A program made the position numbers and the translations under genes. A stretch of 63,984 bases of DNA, filler included, from Hyphochytrium catenoides (Eukaryota > Protista > Hyphochytriomycota): the NCBI GenBank assembly GCA_900088475.1. It is 11 parts of 11 records of this genome, joined end to end, with 100 filler letters (N's around TTAATTAATTAA, not from the genome) between each part and the next. Parts side by side here need not be neighbours in the genome. Positions count along the whole stretch, not along the records: positions 1 to 28,402 come from FLMG01000561.1; 10 more parts are not named here. One strand, written 5' to 3'. Below, in pieces: positions 1-12,500 of the stretch (position 1 is the stretch's first letter; every line of letters begins with the position of its first letter). The notes beneath the pieces are model-generated. The model was not told the DNA's origin. It saw nothing but the letters and a program-made list of their open reading frames with translations, and ran no database searches.

Positions 1-339
1 CCCAAATGGTGCGCACAAAGTGTTCGCAGACGAGATTGCAGGTTCTGTCGGTGGCTGTTCGGTCGCAAGTCGAAAGACGAATCTTTGTCCGTTATCACCG
101 GCATCACACAATCCGCTAGACAGAGGGCTGACGATGTGTGAGGCCTTCAGCTAAAATGATGGGGTAGAGGGCCAGAGTATACGAGACAGAGAGATGACAA
201 AATAGGAGGTAACTACTTTGGGGAGAGGGAGCGCAGTGGCAACTGTACAGTTCATTCTTTCGAGTCCAGGAGGAAGACTGAAGAGGAAGCAACAACGAGT
301 TTGTTTTTATAATAATTTGGTACTTGTATCAGCAGTTCT

Positions 340-586
340 TTCTTTCTCTTCTCTCTCTCTCTCTCACACATTCTCTCTCTCTCTTCCCTCTCTCTCCCTC
401 TCTCTCTCTTTCTCTCTCATTCTCTATCTTCCCTCTCTCTCTCTCTCTCTCTCTCTCCCTCTCTCACACATTCTCTATCTTCCCTCTCTCTCTCCTCCCT
501 CTCTTCTCTCTCGCCTGTCGCTCCCTCTCTCTCTCCTCCCTCTCTTCCCTCTCTCTGTCTCTGTCTCTCCCTCTCCCTCTCCCTCT
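340..586. repeat. (CT)n/(GA)n microsatellite; representative of many tracts (e.g. 9120-9350, 19980-20120, 36684-36804, 40780-40984, 54940-55040, 61810-62150)
   Basis: Long imperfect CT/GA dinucleotide runs; many N gaps start or end in them. Confidence 0.95.
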
Positions 587-1167
587 TGCAAGCGGACTTT
601 TCCTTCACGCAACGTCACCTTCGGAGAGCCGACTAGGAACTACCCTCATCCCTCACTCACAAAAAGCTGGAAGGTTGAAGGAAGCCCGACCTGGGTATTA
701 TGGCGTGTAATTGTCTGCTCATAAATCGGGGGTTGAGCTTCTAGCAGATCCGAGGCTCTATCCAGGCATGTATCTAGGCATGGTGAGTGACGGTTCAGCC
801 TCAAGTTCCTACTCGTAGCGAGGTAAGAAGGATCGAGGACATCGAGGTCCAAAGTCTATTGCTTCATGTGGGATCCAAGCTAAATTAAGTGTCCTTCTCA
901 CATACCCCAACCTCTTTAATTGAGCTGATCAAGGGCGGAAGAGACTCTAAGTAACCTTCTCATTGCCATAGCAGTGCTTCTTGCAACTGTTGATGATTCC
1001 GCCGACCCACGACGAGAAGCTTGTTAGCAGCATCGATGGTGATACTTGTTTGTCTGACTAATGATGACTTTTTGGCAAATAGAAGTTTCTATTATAAAAT
1101 AGTGCAATTTTTAGTAGCACACAGACAAAAAAAGGATGGATGACACGATGAGGGCAGGTCTCAGCAC

Positions 1168-3809
1168 CTAGGCTCTGAGAAGTCTAACCCTTCTCTTGGG
1201 GGGAGCTGCCGCAGAAGTAGAAGGCACGCCGCTGTAGACTGTGACATCTGTAAATCTGAAGACCCCTGTCACTCCTGGACGCGTCAACAAGTGGAGGTTC
1301 ATACTCTTCGGAACCTTACATGGCTCATTGACTGTGAGACTAACTCCTGTCCAGCCGTACGAACCGGTAGGGAACGCCTTGGTTGGCACTGACACAGAAC
1401 CATCCGCCCATGTGACCTCCACATAGAATCCAGCAGTAGCAGCGGGTGATGGAAGAGAAAGGTTATCAGCACTGATGTTTGCTGTGATTGTAAAGACGCC
1501 GCTGCTCACGACATTGCCAAAATCCACTGCCTGGAAAGCTCCTGCTAGATCCCCGCTTTGTCCCTCAACTCTTCCGTAGGTCTTGTTCTGGCCGGTCTCG
1601 TCCTTGCCAAGGGTGTAGCCCTTGCCATCAGACCACCAGTAGGCCATAGTCTCCACCTGAGGGTTTTTGATTAAGGTGGTCGCAGTATAGGTTGGTGGAG
1701 CGGGAGCACTTGCTTCAGTCGTCTTCCACTGGAAGGAAACTCCAAGCTCAATGTTAGCGTTAGGCGCCGCAATAATCCATGTGCGCGTTTCACCAGCGTT
1801 AGCCTCAGGTGTCCTGCCGCNNNNNNNNNNNNNNNNNNNNNNNNNNNNNNNNNNNNNNNNNNNNNNNNNNNNNNNNNNNNGGTGGCAGTGTGGCCGCAAT
1901 TATCTAGCGCCATACGAGCCAAGTAGGCTTCATGCAGGTCCTGCTGCTTAAGAGTCTGCACGGGAAGCTTCAGGTAGCGCATTACTTTCTCCAGCGTCTG
2001 CTCAATCCAGAGCGTTACAAGGCTTTGACGAGAGAACTTGGTAAGGCTGGGCACGCCTGCTGGCGCTGGATGCATGACAAGGTTCGCTTGGTGGGTCATG
2101 TAGGGGTCGTGCTGTAAGGCCAGTAGCTGACTCGCACAGCGCCAGGACTCTCTTTCGTAGAAAGTCTTGAGATCAGTCATGCCTAGAGTCTGATTGTAGA
2201 AGATGTTGTATAGCTGTAGGTTCTTCTCGAAGTCTTGCATATGGAAGTATACGTTTAGTGCGTAGCGTGGGATAATGAACATCCCATCATATCCGTTCCT
2301 CGTGCTGTTGGTTGTCCAGCCGTGATAACGGTTGCCCTTCCAAGGCAGTAGCTGTGAATAGCTGTTGTCTCCAACGATGGACGTGATCCCATGGTCAGCT
2401 AACATCTTCAGGGCGTCTCCATTGAAAAGTCCGCTAATTCTAGGGGTTACCATGGCAGCGGGAGAGTTCCAGGCCTTTCCTTCCAGTCCAAGGATCTTTG
2501 CAAAGTACTCGTTAGCCTTCAGCTCCACATCAGCATCGAACGAGGTAATGTTAAAGAAGGCCAGATGCGTGTAAGTGTGAGTTAGCCAGAAGAACTCCTT
2601 CTGCACATTCTGGTCTCTAGACTTTACGAACAACGGGTCCTTAGCAGCCCATTGAGTAACCTCTGCGGCAGTGAAGTCTGGAAATTTATTTCCGGGAAGC
2701 ATGTCCCATACGCGAGTGCCACTGCCAAGAGGCTTCTGCCATCCAAAGGGAGACTCCTCCAAGTACTGAAGAACTATGGGGTTGTTCCAAGGATCTTGTT
2801 CGCTCCTGGTCTCCTTAGCCACTCCCATGCCATTGTACGCCATCTCTAATTTGACGTTAGAGCCTGCTGGAAGGACTTTGTTCAGCTCTCTTTGCCATTG
2901 TATCAATTCATCTACATCTTTTGGTGAGACTCTGCCCGTTGTCTTTTCATTCAGGTCAGGGTTGGCGTCCCAAAGTTCTGTTGGCAGGAAGTAGTCGTCC
3001 ACCTGAGTGCTTAAGAGTATTCTTCTAGAACCCACGAATAGACCCTTCGTCACCCACTCAGACCAGATGTATGAGAGGGCAACAGAGTTGGAGTCTGGAC
3101 TCCTGGTGGAAACGAAGAGATGCAGTCGCTCCCAGGTATTTGTGCAGTCTTTCTCTACGAGCATGCCCAACAGAGGGGTGCCGGCAGGAGAAGCCTTGTT
3201 CAATACCAGCAAAGGTGTCAGAGAAGGGGATGGAGTCTTGATGTATGAGCCGATGGTGTATACTCCAAACTGGTAAGGCGATTGACTGAGGTCAAATACT
3301 GCTGTGGGCCTAACAATGGAAGAAGGTACCGCCTGCTTCCAAGCGTCAGTGAGAGTGGCAGAGGTTCCAGCCGGTGGTAACCCATTTGACGTGAAACCAT
3401 CTAAGTGGGCCAAGCCAGGGACAGCGTCCGGGTTGGACTCTAATACGACTCTTCGCACCCCGTATTTGACTTCGTAAGCTTGCAGAGCTGCGTACTGGCT
3501 GGCAGTCATCGCATCGACCCAATAGTCCCCCCCTTGGTCGTAGGACGTTGGGCCCTTAACAATGCACGAGTATTTGCCGTGTCCTTCCCCCTGCTCCAGC
3601 TGGAGGTCTCCTTGAAGACCACTCGGAGGGATGATAATCTCATCGAACGGGATAGATGCACTTTGGAATGTTCTTCCGGCATCGCTATTTGCATTTGCGA
3701 ACGCTTCATTGACAATAACAGCGCATTTTAGATCAACCTGAAGCGCCGCAGCGAGCTCGGCAACCGCCGCCAATGCCGCAGCAAGAGCAGCAAACCTGAG
3801 CCCTGTCAT
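1168..3809 (-). CDS. agd3: Secreted Agd3-like polysaccharide (galactosaminogalactan-type) deacetylase: signal peptide + CBM87-like domain + CE18 catalytic domain + extra C-terminal CBM-like domain; interrupted by an N gap at 1821-1880
   Basis: Hydrophobic N-terminus MTGLRFAALAAALAAVAELAAA. Agd3-type motifs: SIPFDEIIIP..., QYAALQAYEVKYGVR, LSTQVDDYFL, FWLTHTYTH, TPRISGLFNGDAL, IIPRYALNVY, HDPYMTHQANL, YLARMALDNC. ORF 1671..3809 and ORF 1168..1899 join across the estimated-size gap; stop at 1168. No introns needed in the sequenced part. Confidence 0.85.
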
Positions 3810-5930
3810 GTTGTATGGGAAGTATTCTGCCAGGCGTGTCCTCCAGGTCAGAAATATGAAAGTGATAGCAGATGAGATATGGGCCTACGGGACTGGTCCT
3901 GAACGCGGGTGCAATCATCGATCACAATGAAGAGGAGAGGGTCGGACCAGAAGTGTCTGCTCTGATGGAGAAGAAGTGGACGTGGAGTGTGAAAGATCTT
4001 CTAACTCTTAATTAATGGAGACAGCTGTCCCTACCACTCTCTCTCTTGCTGACTAGCCGCTCGCTTCCCTGCTGCTTCTTCCAAGCTTGTCATCATCACG
4101 TCCTCCCTCCTCCTCCCCCTCTGTCCCCGCTCTCTCTGCCTCTCGCTCTGTCTCTCAGTCCTCCCTCTGATCATTGTTCTCTCTTTCTCTGTGATGCTCA
4201 CATCATCAGAGATCTTCAGGTTCTGTACACTGTCAGACCAAAAGCGCAATGAATCAGCATCATGGTCTCTGATCTACAGAGAGAGAGAGGAGGAGGGAAG
4301 ACAGTGGGTTGATGAGGGGGCAAAGTGGCGAAAAGGCAGGTCAATCCGTTGTGGAAATTTAGGGCAAAAGGAAGCACAGATTGTGGCGAGAGAGAGATAA
4401 TGCTCAGAGAGAGAGACACCGACCTGCGACAAGGATTAGGGGTTACTACATAGTATCAGGAAACGTAGGTGTCAGACAGAGTGTATATAACAGGGGAGAC
4501 AGAGTGGGATGCCTGTTTAAACCCTTTGGTGCTTGCGCATGCTGGCTCTCTTATGAAAAGCCCGTAAAGTCTCACGCTTTCCCTACTGATAATGCATTGA
4601 CTGACAAAACCTGATTTTCAAGGTTATTTTGTCTCAGATGGCTAAGTGCGCCCACCCATGCCCTAGTTACAAGACCCAGCATCACTTGTCGACCACCCAC
4701 CTTGACTTCAGTTTCCTAGTAAGGTCAATCCCTAGATAGGTCAGAATGTATCTTTCCAATAGTTCATATCTTTCCTTCATCATTTGTTTGCCCATGGCTA
4801 CAATCTCAAGCTGCCTCCATACTTTCACTGTTTTCTTTCGTGTTAAATAGATTTCATAATAGTTTCCTTTATATGGTGTAGAGACCTAAACTGGTTCTCA
4901 ATCAGGATGGCGGTCGTGTGACCAGAAGTTGCCCTGTCTCAATTTTTTGAGCCCTTTCCACATTCAGCCGAACCCGACACTCTTAATACTAACTATGGGA
5001 TATTCCTACCTGTCTAAATTTCTAATGTGAATGGCGTCAAAATGATGGTCTTTCCTATGGATGATCAGCCATCTTAGACCTTATCTTCTATCTTTGGACC
5101 AACCCAGTTTTGATGGCCCTAAATGTAGCCGTTGCCGGTCAGAGCCCCGGCAGTGTAGGTGTTAGGTTTCAGGCCTTTTACTGGTGTGAAGATGCTGAGG
5201 AGGAGGAAGGTGGATCTCTATTATTTTATTAGCGCTTTGAAAGGCAGCTGCTTGCTCTCCCAAGCTGTAGCTTCAAGATCCCTGTTTCGGACACCAAGCC
5301 CGCTGCCAACGCTGTCATGGCTCCACAAAGAAGAAGATTGCAAGAGGTGATGAGCATTCTTCGATTGAAGAGCGGATGAGGAAGAACGAGAGGTAGATAA
5401 TGATACAAGTCCTTTATACGGAATAGAACAAAGACCAGGGAGTGAGCGCCGCGTCATAGAATCGAAGCAAAAGAGAAGATCGAGCTGATGTGTACCTCCA
5501 CACCTCCACTGACGACAGAGTCATCTTGTAACCAGTAGCAAATGGCGTCGATGGCCGCTACTTAGCAAATGAATGGAGCAGCAGTAAGAGTTTACATAGA
5601 GAAGGGACTCATCACTATGCAGACAAAGATGGGCCTTACTATGTGATGGATATTGGACATGCAATGCTTCTGATGATAGAGCGCCTCATACCTGCTGTTC
5701 ACAAATACACGGGGACTGCTTTGTCCAGATGTCTCTTCTTCTTTTATAGAGAAGCACGTGTTGCTCTACTGCAAAGTGATGGACAGTCAGTTGTTGTGGA
5801 TGATGAAGACGGATACGATGACCTGATGATGGTACAGATCGTCGGTGGATGGAGTTATAAATATCTGATTCCCTTATGAGTAGTCGATAGTAAGGTTCAC
5901 CCGCAGCTTTATAATAGATGTGCGTCTATC

Positions 5931-6018
5931 CTTGGCGTTATCTTTGCCCTATCAGAAAAGCATAAGGCTGTGTGCTTGGAGTTATCTTTGTCCCATCAGA
6001 AAAGCATAAGGCTGTGTG
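5931..6018 (+). repeat. 44-bp tandem duplication
   Basis: cttggMgttatctttgYccYatcagaaaagcataaggctgtgtg x2. Confidence 0.85.
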
Positions 6019-6779
6019 CAGCAACTTTTAAGTCCCAGAACAGAACAACGCCCCAAACTGGTACAAAGTCGTGCAGATTTTGAGCTTAGGCGGAGATCTG
6101 GCTGCCGCCACTAGTTAGCTTCCATGATTGTCAATAATGCTTATCTATGGCGACGTTTACCATTGTTGGTTGTGGTGGCTGCTGGCGTATTGACTTTTTT
6201 TGCTTAGGGTCGGTCAGTCTCTCCATGTCAAAAGTCATTAGTGCTTCTATCATCATGGCGGCACGAGGTGAGTGGCAATGGACGGGTTTTGGCTTGCAGG
6301 ATGAAGGCACTTCTAGATCCATCGGGTCATCATGGTGTTGACCGACTAACTTTAGTTATCCGAAGAACAATGAAGGCGAGTGAGCGTGAAACGCAGACTT
6401 TCCTATGGGATAATCTGTGTGCAGGTTATTGGAGATGACTTCTAAGAGAGCAGACTCTGAAGTACTTATAACTTGTTTCAGAAGAGACGAAATCTTCAGC
6501 CGTACACTCCCCTTTCTCTAGCAGCGGAAGCCATCACAAGCTATAGAAATATCCCTCCTCTTCCTATAGCGTGAAAGGAAGAAGTAAGGAGTAAGACGAG
6601 GAGTTGAGAGGCCTAGACTATTATCCTGCTCCGTGCTGGGCCAGCTGTAGGATGTCACCACTTCACGTCCTCGCGATGGTAAAGATCTTAATATTTCATT
6701 AGCTTCAACTCTCACTCTACCTCCTTCTGCCGCTGCTGGTGTCTGTGGAGGTACTTGCGGCAGAGGAGAAGGAGGGGAA

Positions 6780-7278
6780 ATTATGTTTGCTCGATAAGAA
6801 GATTCCGATATCTGTGAACCCGAACACTCCTGTTACTCCTGGACGACTCGAGATATGCAGGTACTCTACAGGGCTCACTTACCATGAGACTAACCTCTCT
6901 CCAGCCGTAGGAGCCTGTAGGGAAAGCCTTAGCCTGATGGGTCATATAGGGGTCGTACTGTAAGGCCAGTAGCTGGTTAGCCACCGCCAAGACTCTCGCT
7001 TATATTTTCTTGAGGTCAGTCACACCAACGTTGCGTTGTAGAAGGAATTGTGCAGCTGCAGGTTCGTCTCAAAGTCCTGCATGTGGAAGTAGATATTCAG
7101 CCGCCCATAGTGCGGGATAATAAACAACCCATCATATCCGTTCCTGGTGCTATTGGTCGTCCAGCGGTGATAGCGGTTCCCCTTTCAAGGCAGCAGCAGC
7201 CTGATAAGTGTTATCGTCTGAGGAGGGCGTCTCCATTTAAAAATCCGCTGATCACAGATGTAACCATCGCTGCCAGAG
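6780..7278 (-). pseudogene. Decayed, internally deleted tandem paralog of the Agd3-like gene
   Basis: Direct nucleotide similarity to the intact copy: 7222 gagggcgtctccatttaaaaatccgct ~ 2410 agggcgtctccattgaaaagtccgct; 6935-6975 ~ 2086-2130; 6805-6930 ~ 1243-1380. It translates as QLLALQYDPYMTHQA fused to KAFPTGSYGW, with indels elsewhere. Confidence 0.85.
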
Positions 7279-9123
7279 TTGTTGCCCCAACAAGCCTGGC
7301 AGGCTAGCTCTCAATTCTGAGTGATCGGTGGTGATGTTTATCGTCGAGCTTCGTCGTCGTCATCTATTGACCAGCTAAAGGACATTGATTGTTGACACTT
7401 TATTATTGAAGAGACAGGAGAAGAGAGAGTCTAACGACATAGCAAAATATAACGTACAGTATGTACCGAGCAGGAGAAAGGCATGAGGCGTTGTCAAACG
7501 AGGAAGAAGAGACTTAAGGCTATCATACGGCAGATAGAAGAAGAGGAGACAGCAGCAGGACCATGATGAAGTCGCCTACTACTGTTTCTGCTGCTCGCTC
7601 AACTATTATGGTCGTCCACGAAAAGGGTGGTGAAGAAGGGTGAAGAAGGTGGATCTCGTTGTTGGAGCAACACCGTGCTGGGAGGCAGAAATTGCCAGCG
7701 CGAAGCACTTATTGTTGAAGTGGCCCATTCTTCTTCCTCCTATCTACTATCATGGGTGGTATCGTTGCTTCAGCCCACCGACTTGATGATAAAAATAAGA
7801 GCGGTCCACAGTTGTTGTCGTCTTTTTATGCAGAGAATGTGACGGAGCAAAGAAGTAGTAGCAAGGGACATGAATGAAGTGATGGTGTTGGTGAGGAGGA
7901 AGAAGGAGGTCATCATCATGATCGCTACTGACTTTGCTCCCCGCAGCACGCACAACAAGAAGATGTAACAAGGTGGCCTCCTTTCTCTTTTTTGTCCTTC
8001 CTTTGTTCGTCACCCACATGTGTTTCTGTTGACTGCCCTTTTTTACTTATGACTAAGGAGGATGGAAAGCCATCATTAGTCCGCGGACCACTCTACGGGA
8101 AGGCCCTAGCTGCTCAACTGTAGTAAACTTAGAGAGGAAGAGCTTCATGATCAGTAAGTATGATAGTTATTATAGCAGTAGTCATCCTCGTGGTAGGAGG
8201 AGGAAGGAAGAAGGAACTTCTTGTTGTTGACAGCATTGGTGGACGAGAATAACACCATCCGATGACGCTCTCCTTTTCCTAGAATGAACCATTCTCTCGG
8301 TTCTCATGGTCGTCCTTTCCTGGAATGAACATTATGCAGTAAAATTCATCATCATGATGTGACGCACCGCCGGTGCCAGCTGCTCCTCCAGACTGAGGAG
8401 GAGGTGGAGGCGACAACAACAAACGACGAATTGTTTGTTTATTGGGCGGATGATGGCGGACGTAGCGAGCGTACCGTAGGCAGTCGTCGAACGAACCTGG
8501 CTCCCTCTTCATCTCGTCGCTAACCAAGAAGAAGAAAGAAGCATCATCCATCAACAATCAGCACCACTACTACTACTGCTGCTGCTGATGCCTCCTCCTC
8601 CACCTCCAGGTGGTGCTTGTCGCTGCTGCTGCTGCTGGCGGCGGAGCGGGGCTGCCGCTGCTGCTGCTGCTGCTTGCGCTGCTATGCACATGATTGCTGA
8701 TGTTGATGATGAGATGATGGGTGACTTCCGTCATCTGACCGTTAGCGTCTCCCCTTCCAGAAGAACATCTCTTCCATCTCCAACAGAGAAAGGAGGTCAA
8801 GAACAAGATGGCAGCCTATCGCTCAGGTTCCCCTAACTTTGTCAAGGGAACAGTTACATTTAGAAGCCGCCTGAAATTTATCTGACTCTAAGGGAAACTA
8901 TCCCCATCTTTCATTTACATCCAGATTGCCTAGAAGCCTACCCCGGCAGATTCCCATTTAGTCTCTACCAAAAGGGCCTAAAGGCCAGTTCTAATGTTGA
9001 AGTTCCAAAACGAAGGGTCAACCTCCTCCTCCCTCAGTAGTGAGAGTGGCAGACAGGGAAGGGAGGGGAAGCAGCTGGAATAGGAAGAGAAAGCAGAGAG
9101 GGAGAGAGAACCATAACCAGACG

Positions 9124-9181
<58 letters not shown>

Positions 9182-9580
9182 AGAAAGAGAGAGAGAGAGA
9201 AAAGTAAGAGAGAGAGAGAGTGAGAGGGAACAAAGAGAGAGAGAGAGAGAGAGGGAAGAAAGAGAGAGAGAGAGAAGAAACAGAGAGAGAGAGAGAGAAA
9301 GAGAGAAAAAAAAGAAAGAGAGAGAGAGAACGGGGAAGAGAAAGAGGGAGAAACTAGTCCAGCTGTAGATAAGTGGGGCGAGGACTCAGACGGGACTCCA
9401 GACTATCCTCGGAGCTTGGAAGCAGTCGCCATCGAGGTCTTCAGATCTCTGAACTCCATCCATAAAAGGCTTGCAGCTCCAAGTCTCTCAGATCGTGTCG
9501 TTTCGGCAAAGTTCCGCTTTTCAATCTGTCCACCTAAAGCCTCGTGCCCAAGTAAGGCCAGCTCCAAAGCCAGCACCACC

Positions 9581-12500
9581 ATGGGAGATTTCTGGAAGAA
9601 GGTGAACGCCTTCTTTGGCTCTGAGCTTGAGGAGACAGCGGAAGAGAAAATCCAGAAGGAGGCTCGGCGGCAGCAAAGAAAGATGTCATGTGAGATTGAG
9701 AGAAGGAAGCTGTTGGATGAGCTTCAGGAAAGCTTGGTCCAGGTCATGGCCCTGGTGTCAGAAGAGAGCAGGAGGGCGGAGACCCAAGGAGCTACCATGG
9801 TACTCCTCGCTTCTTATCCTTACGCATGCCCGTATTGCGATCTTCTGACATTCCTGACTCTCGGAATCACTCTCTCGACCTCTCTCTCTCTCACATAGCT
9901 TTCTCCACTCACTCTTCCAACGTCGTGTTCGCATCATGCTGGTCGCCTTCCTAGCACTCCGACATTCACATAGTTCTGCCTTGACTAAGCCACCTTGGTT
10001 CGTATGTTTAGGAAAGCACCGATGATAAAAAGTCTCTCCTGCTAAACGATGATATAGCGGCTGTGACTGCTCTTTGTTCATCAATCGATCGCTGCTGCTC
10101 TCATGGCCTGAAAGCTGTGGAAGGAGAAGAGAACTGCTATGTAAAGTTCTATGGGCTTCTTAAATGGACATGCTCCAGAATTCAGATGATCAACTTGCAT
10201 TACCCAGGAGCGGAAGATCCTACAGGTTAACAGCGGCACGGCATTCGTCTCTTCCACATTGATTCCCTGCGCTCTCCCTCTCTCACTCACAAGGGAGATA
10301 GTCCGACTTAGATCTGTCCACCCAAGTTCATGGTCGTCCCGCTCTGGCTGAGTAAGCCTTCTGTTCTATGTCAATACGCCTGGATGTTGCTTCCTTGGCG
10401 CTCACTAGTTTGACCTGCACACTGTCATTTTGACTCTGCTAGCTCTGGATGATGCCAAGTCTGCTAGAGTCATGGCGACGTCTGCGGTGCCTGGCGCTTC
10501 AGAGCTCGGGCGAGAGATCCGCGGCTTCGTGACTGCCATTAGGACCGTCAACTCGCTATCCAACGTTCACCTGGACGAAGGAAGAGCCAGAGCCTTCATT
10601 AGACAGGTCAGTTAGCGATGTCGACGTCTGCCAGGTGGAGGGAAAAAATGCTGTGGCACCCTGGGATGCTGAAAGCAGAGGCTATGTCGGAATAGCGATA
10701 AATTCGCAGAGAGTGGCAGTGCGTGTCGAACGTAGGACACTGTATGAGAAGGCTAGAAGAGGTTAGGGCAAACCAAGACGGAAAGATTTACCTTCTCTCC
10801 CCAGGCGCTGAACACCCATATCCTGCTACGAGTCCTGCAGTATGTCGCTGATCCCCGCAATCGCGATCTCCTTCAGACTTACTACACAGAGTTCGCCCTT
10901 ATGAGGGAGGAGGTAACCTACAGCAACGCATGGCCTAGATCTTCTCTCCCTCTTACGCTTTAACCTCTTTGAATTCCTAATTAGGAATGTACCGCGGATA
11001 TGATCAAGATGCTCACAGGTACTCTTCACCTTATCTGTCAAGAATGAGCTGCAGAGACCCATTCCCTTGCTAAGTCTTAGATGCTTCTAAATAATTTCTC
11101 CCTTCTGACATTCACCTCATGCTTGTAGGCTTGGACGGACTCAACTTCGCATTCCTCATCAACGACCCTCGTCTTGATAAACCTCCTGAGACTCTCCCCT
11201 TCTCGAAACCCCTACCGCGTCTTCTTCCCAAGAGAGTTCAGAAGCCTAAACTGGAGCTGATTGACCCAGACGATATGGTAGAGGGTAGAGTCCGGCTCTG
11301 TGAGGAGGTACACTATTTACAAGCCTCAAGACTCACAGGAACTGTTTTATCGTGTTTCGCTCCCTTCGCTTTGTTAAAGGCACAAGTTCTTCTTGTCCCT
11401 TCGTTCATTGCTCACTGATAGGCCTCTTTTGAAAACTCTCTCAATCGATATGTACCTAGGATGAGAGTGTCGATCTTCTGGCGGAGAAACTCGTGAGTCA
11501 CCGTCATTTGGGAGAAAAGTTTGACAAAAAGGAAGGAGGCAACCCATTGGCAGATCTGCTCAAGCTCAAGTCCGCATCGGACATGGTGGGCGATGCAGCC
11601 AATGCTGTCATGAAGTTTATGGAACTCGGATCACCAGTAAGCTCGTTTTGCTTCTCCTTTTCTGAGATTTGGCCTTCTCTAGGACGGAACCCTCTTGGCC
11701 TATCTTATTCTCACCTCAACTCCAGTGTGGTTGGTTCTTAGCTCGCAACCTTAGCCTCTATCCGCTCAACTGTGTACACTATCACGATTACCTCCCTGAG
11801 AAACAGGAGAGCGTCCAGTGGTTGTTCCGCTTCTTCGGTTCCCTTAATCACACCCTCGCGGGCTCTTACGTCACAGTTGCTAAGAGACTCCATACGTTCA
11901 TTTACTCTGGTTCATAGGAGTATGAGGTTTTTGGATCTCCATTAGCCAAGGTAGTCTGCAACCCTTTCCTCTGTGGACTGGCCCGCTTTGACCCTGCCAT
12001 GGGGGTACCCGACATCGCTGAGGCTTGCATCTCCTATCTTCATAGAAAACTATCCACGCCTGGGCTATTTCAGGTAATAGTTTCAGTTTCCTACTGTTTG
12101 GCTCTCTTGGCATAGCTCAGGGCCGCCCTAGAGCAGGGCCGCCCTAGAGCAATGGTAACAGTACCAGCACTTCTCCATGGTCCAATATCCCCGGCTCATC
12201 AGTCTAATCGGCCTCACTTTAAACTAGGTGCATTTATCGTCTGAGCATATCATTGACCTTCGCGATGCGATTGAAGAGATTGGAGGCTTCCACAAACAGA
12301 TGGCAATAGATCCACACGAAGTTGTCTCTGTCCTACTGCAGTTCTTATGGGAGCTTCCGGATCCACTTTTTACAGACGAGAGGTAACGGGTGGAGAGGAT
12401 TAGGAGAGAGATAACGTGCTGCCGCTGAAGAGACACAATTCCAGGCCTGCTTAAGTCCAATTCTCCCTATGTCAAACGTAGACTCCTTCAAGCTGAAGCA

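Noticed and set aside
218-724. Ser/Leu-rich and Arg/Glu-rich ORFs (here and at 19522, 36550, 53772, 59565, 61704 etc.)
   Set aside because: Translations of CT/GA microsatellites that lack stop codons; no domain signal.
1671-1899. Apparent frameshift or programmed recoding between the two Agd3 ORFs
   Set aside because: The frame change falls inside an N gap of estimated length.
12118-12151. 16-bp tandem repeat cagggccgccctagag x2 (similar short duplications at about 34054 and 39032)
   Set aside because: Ordinary local slippage duplications in non-coding DNA.
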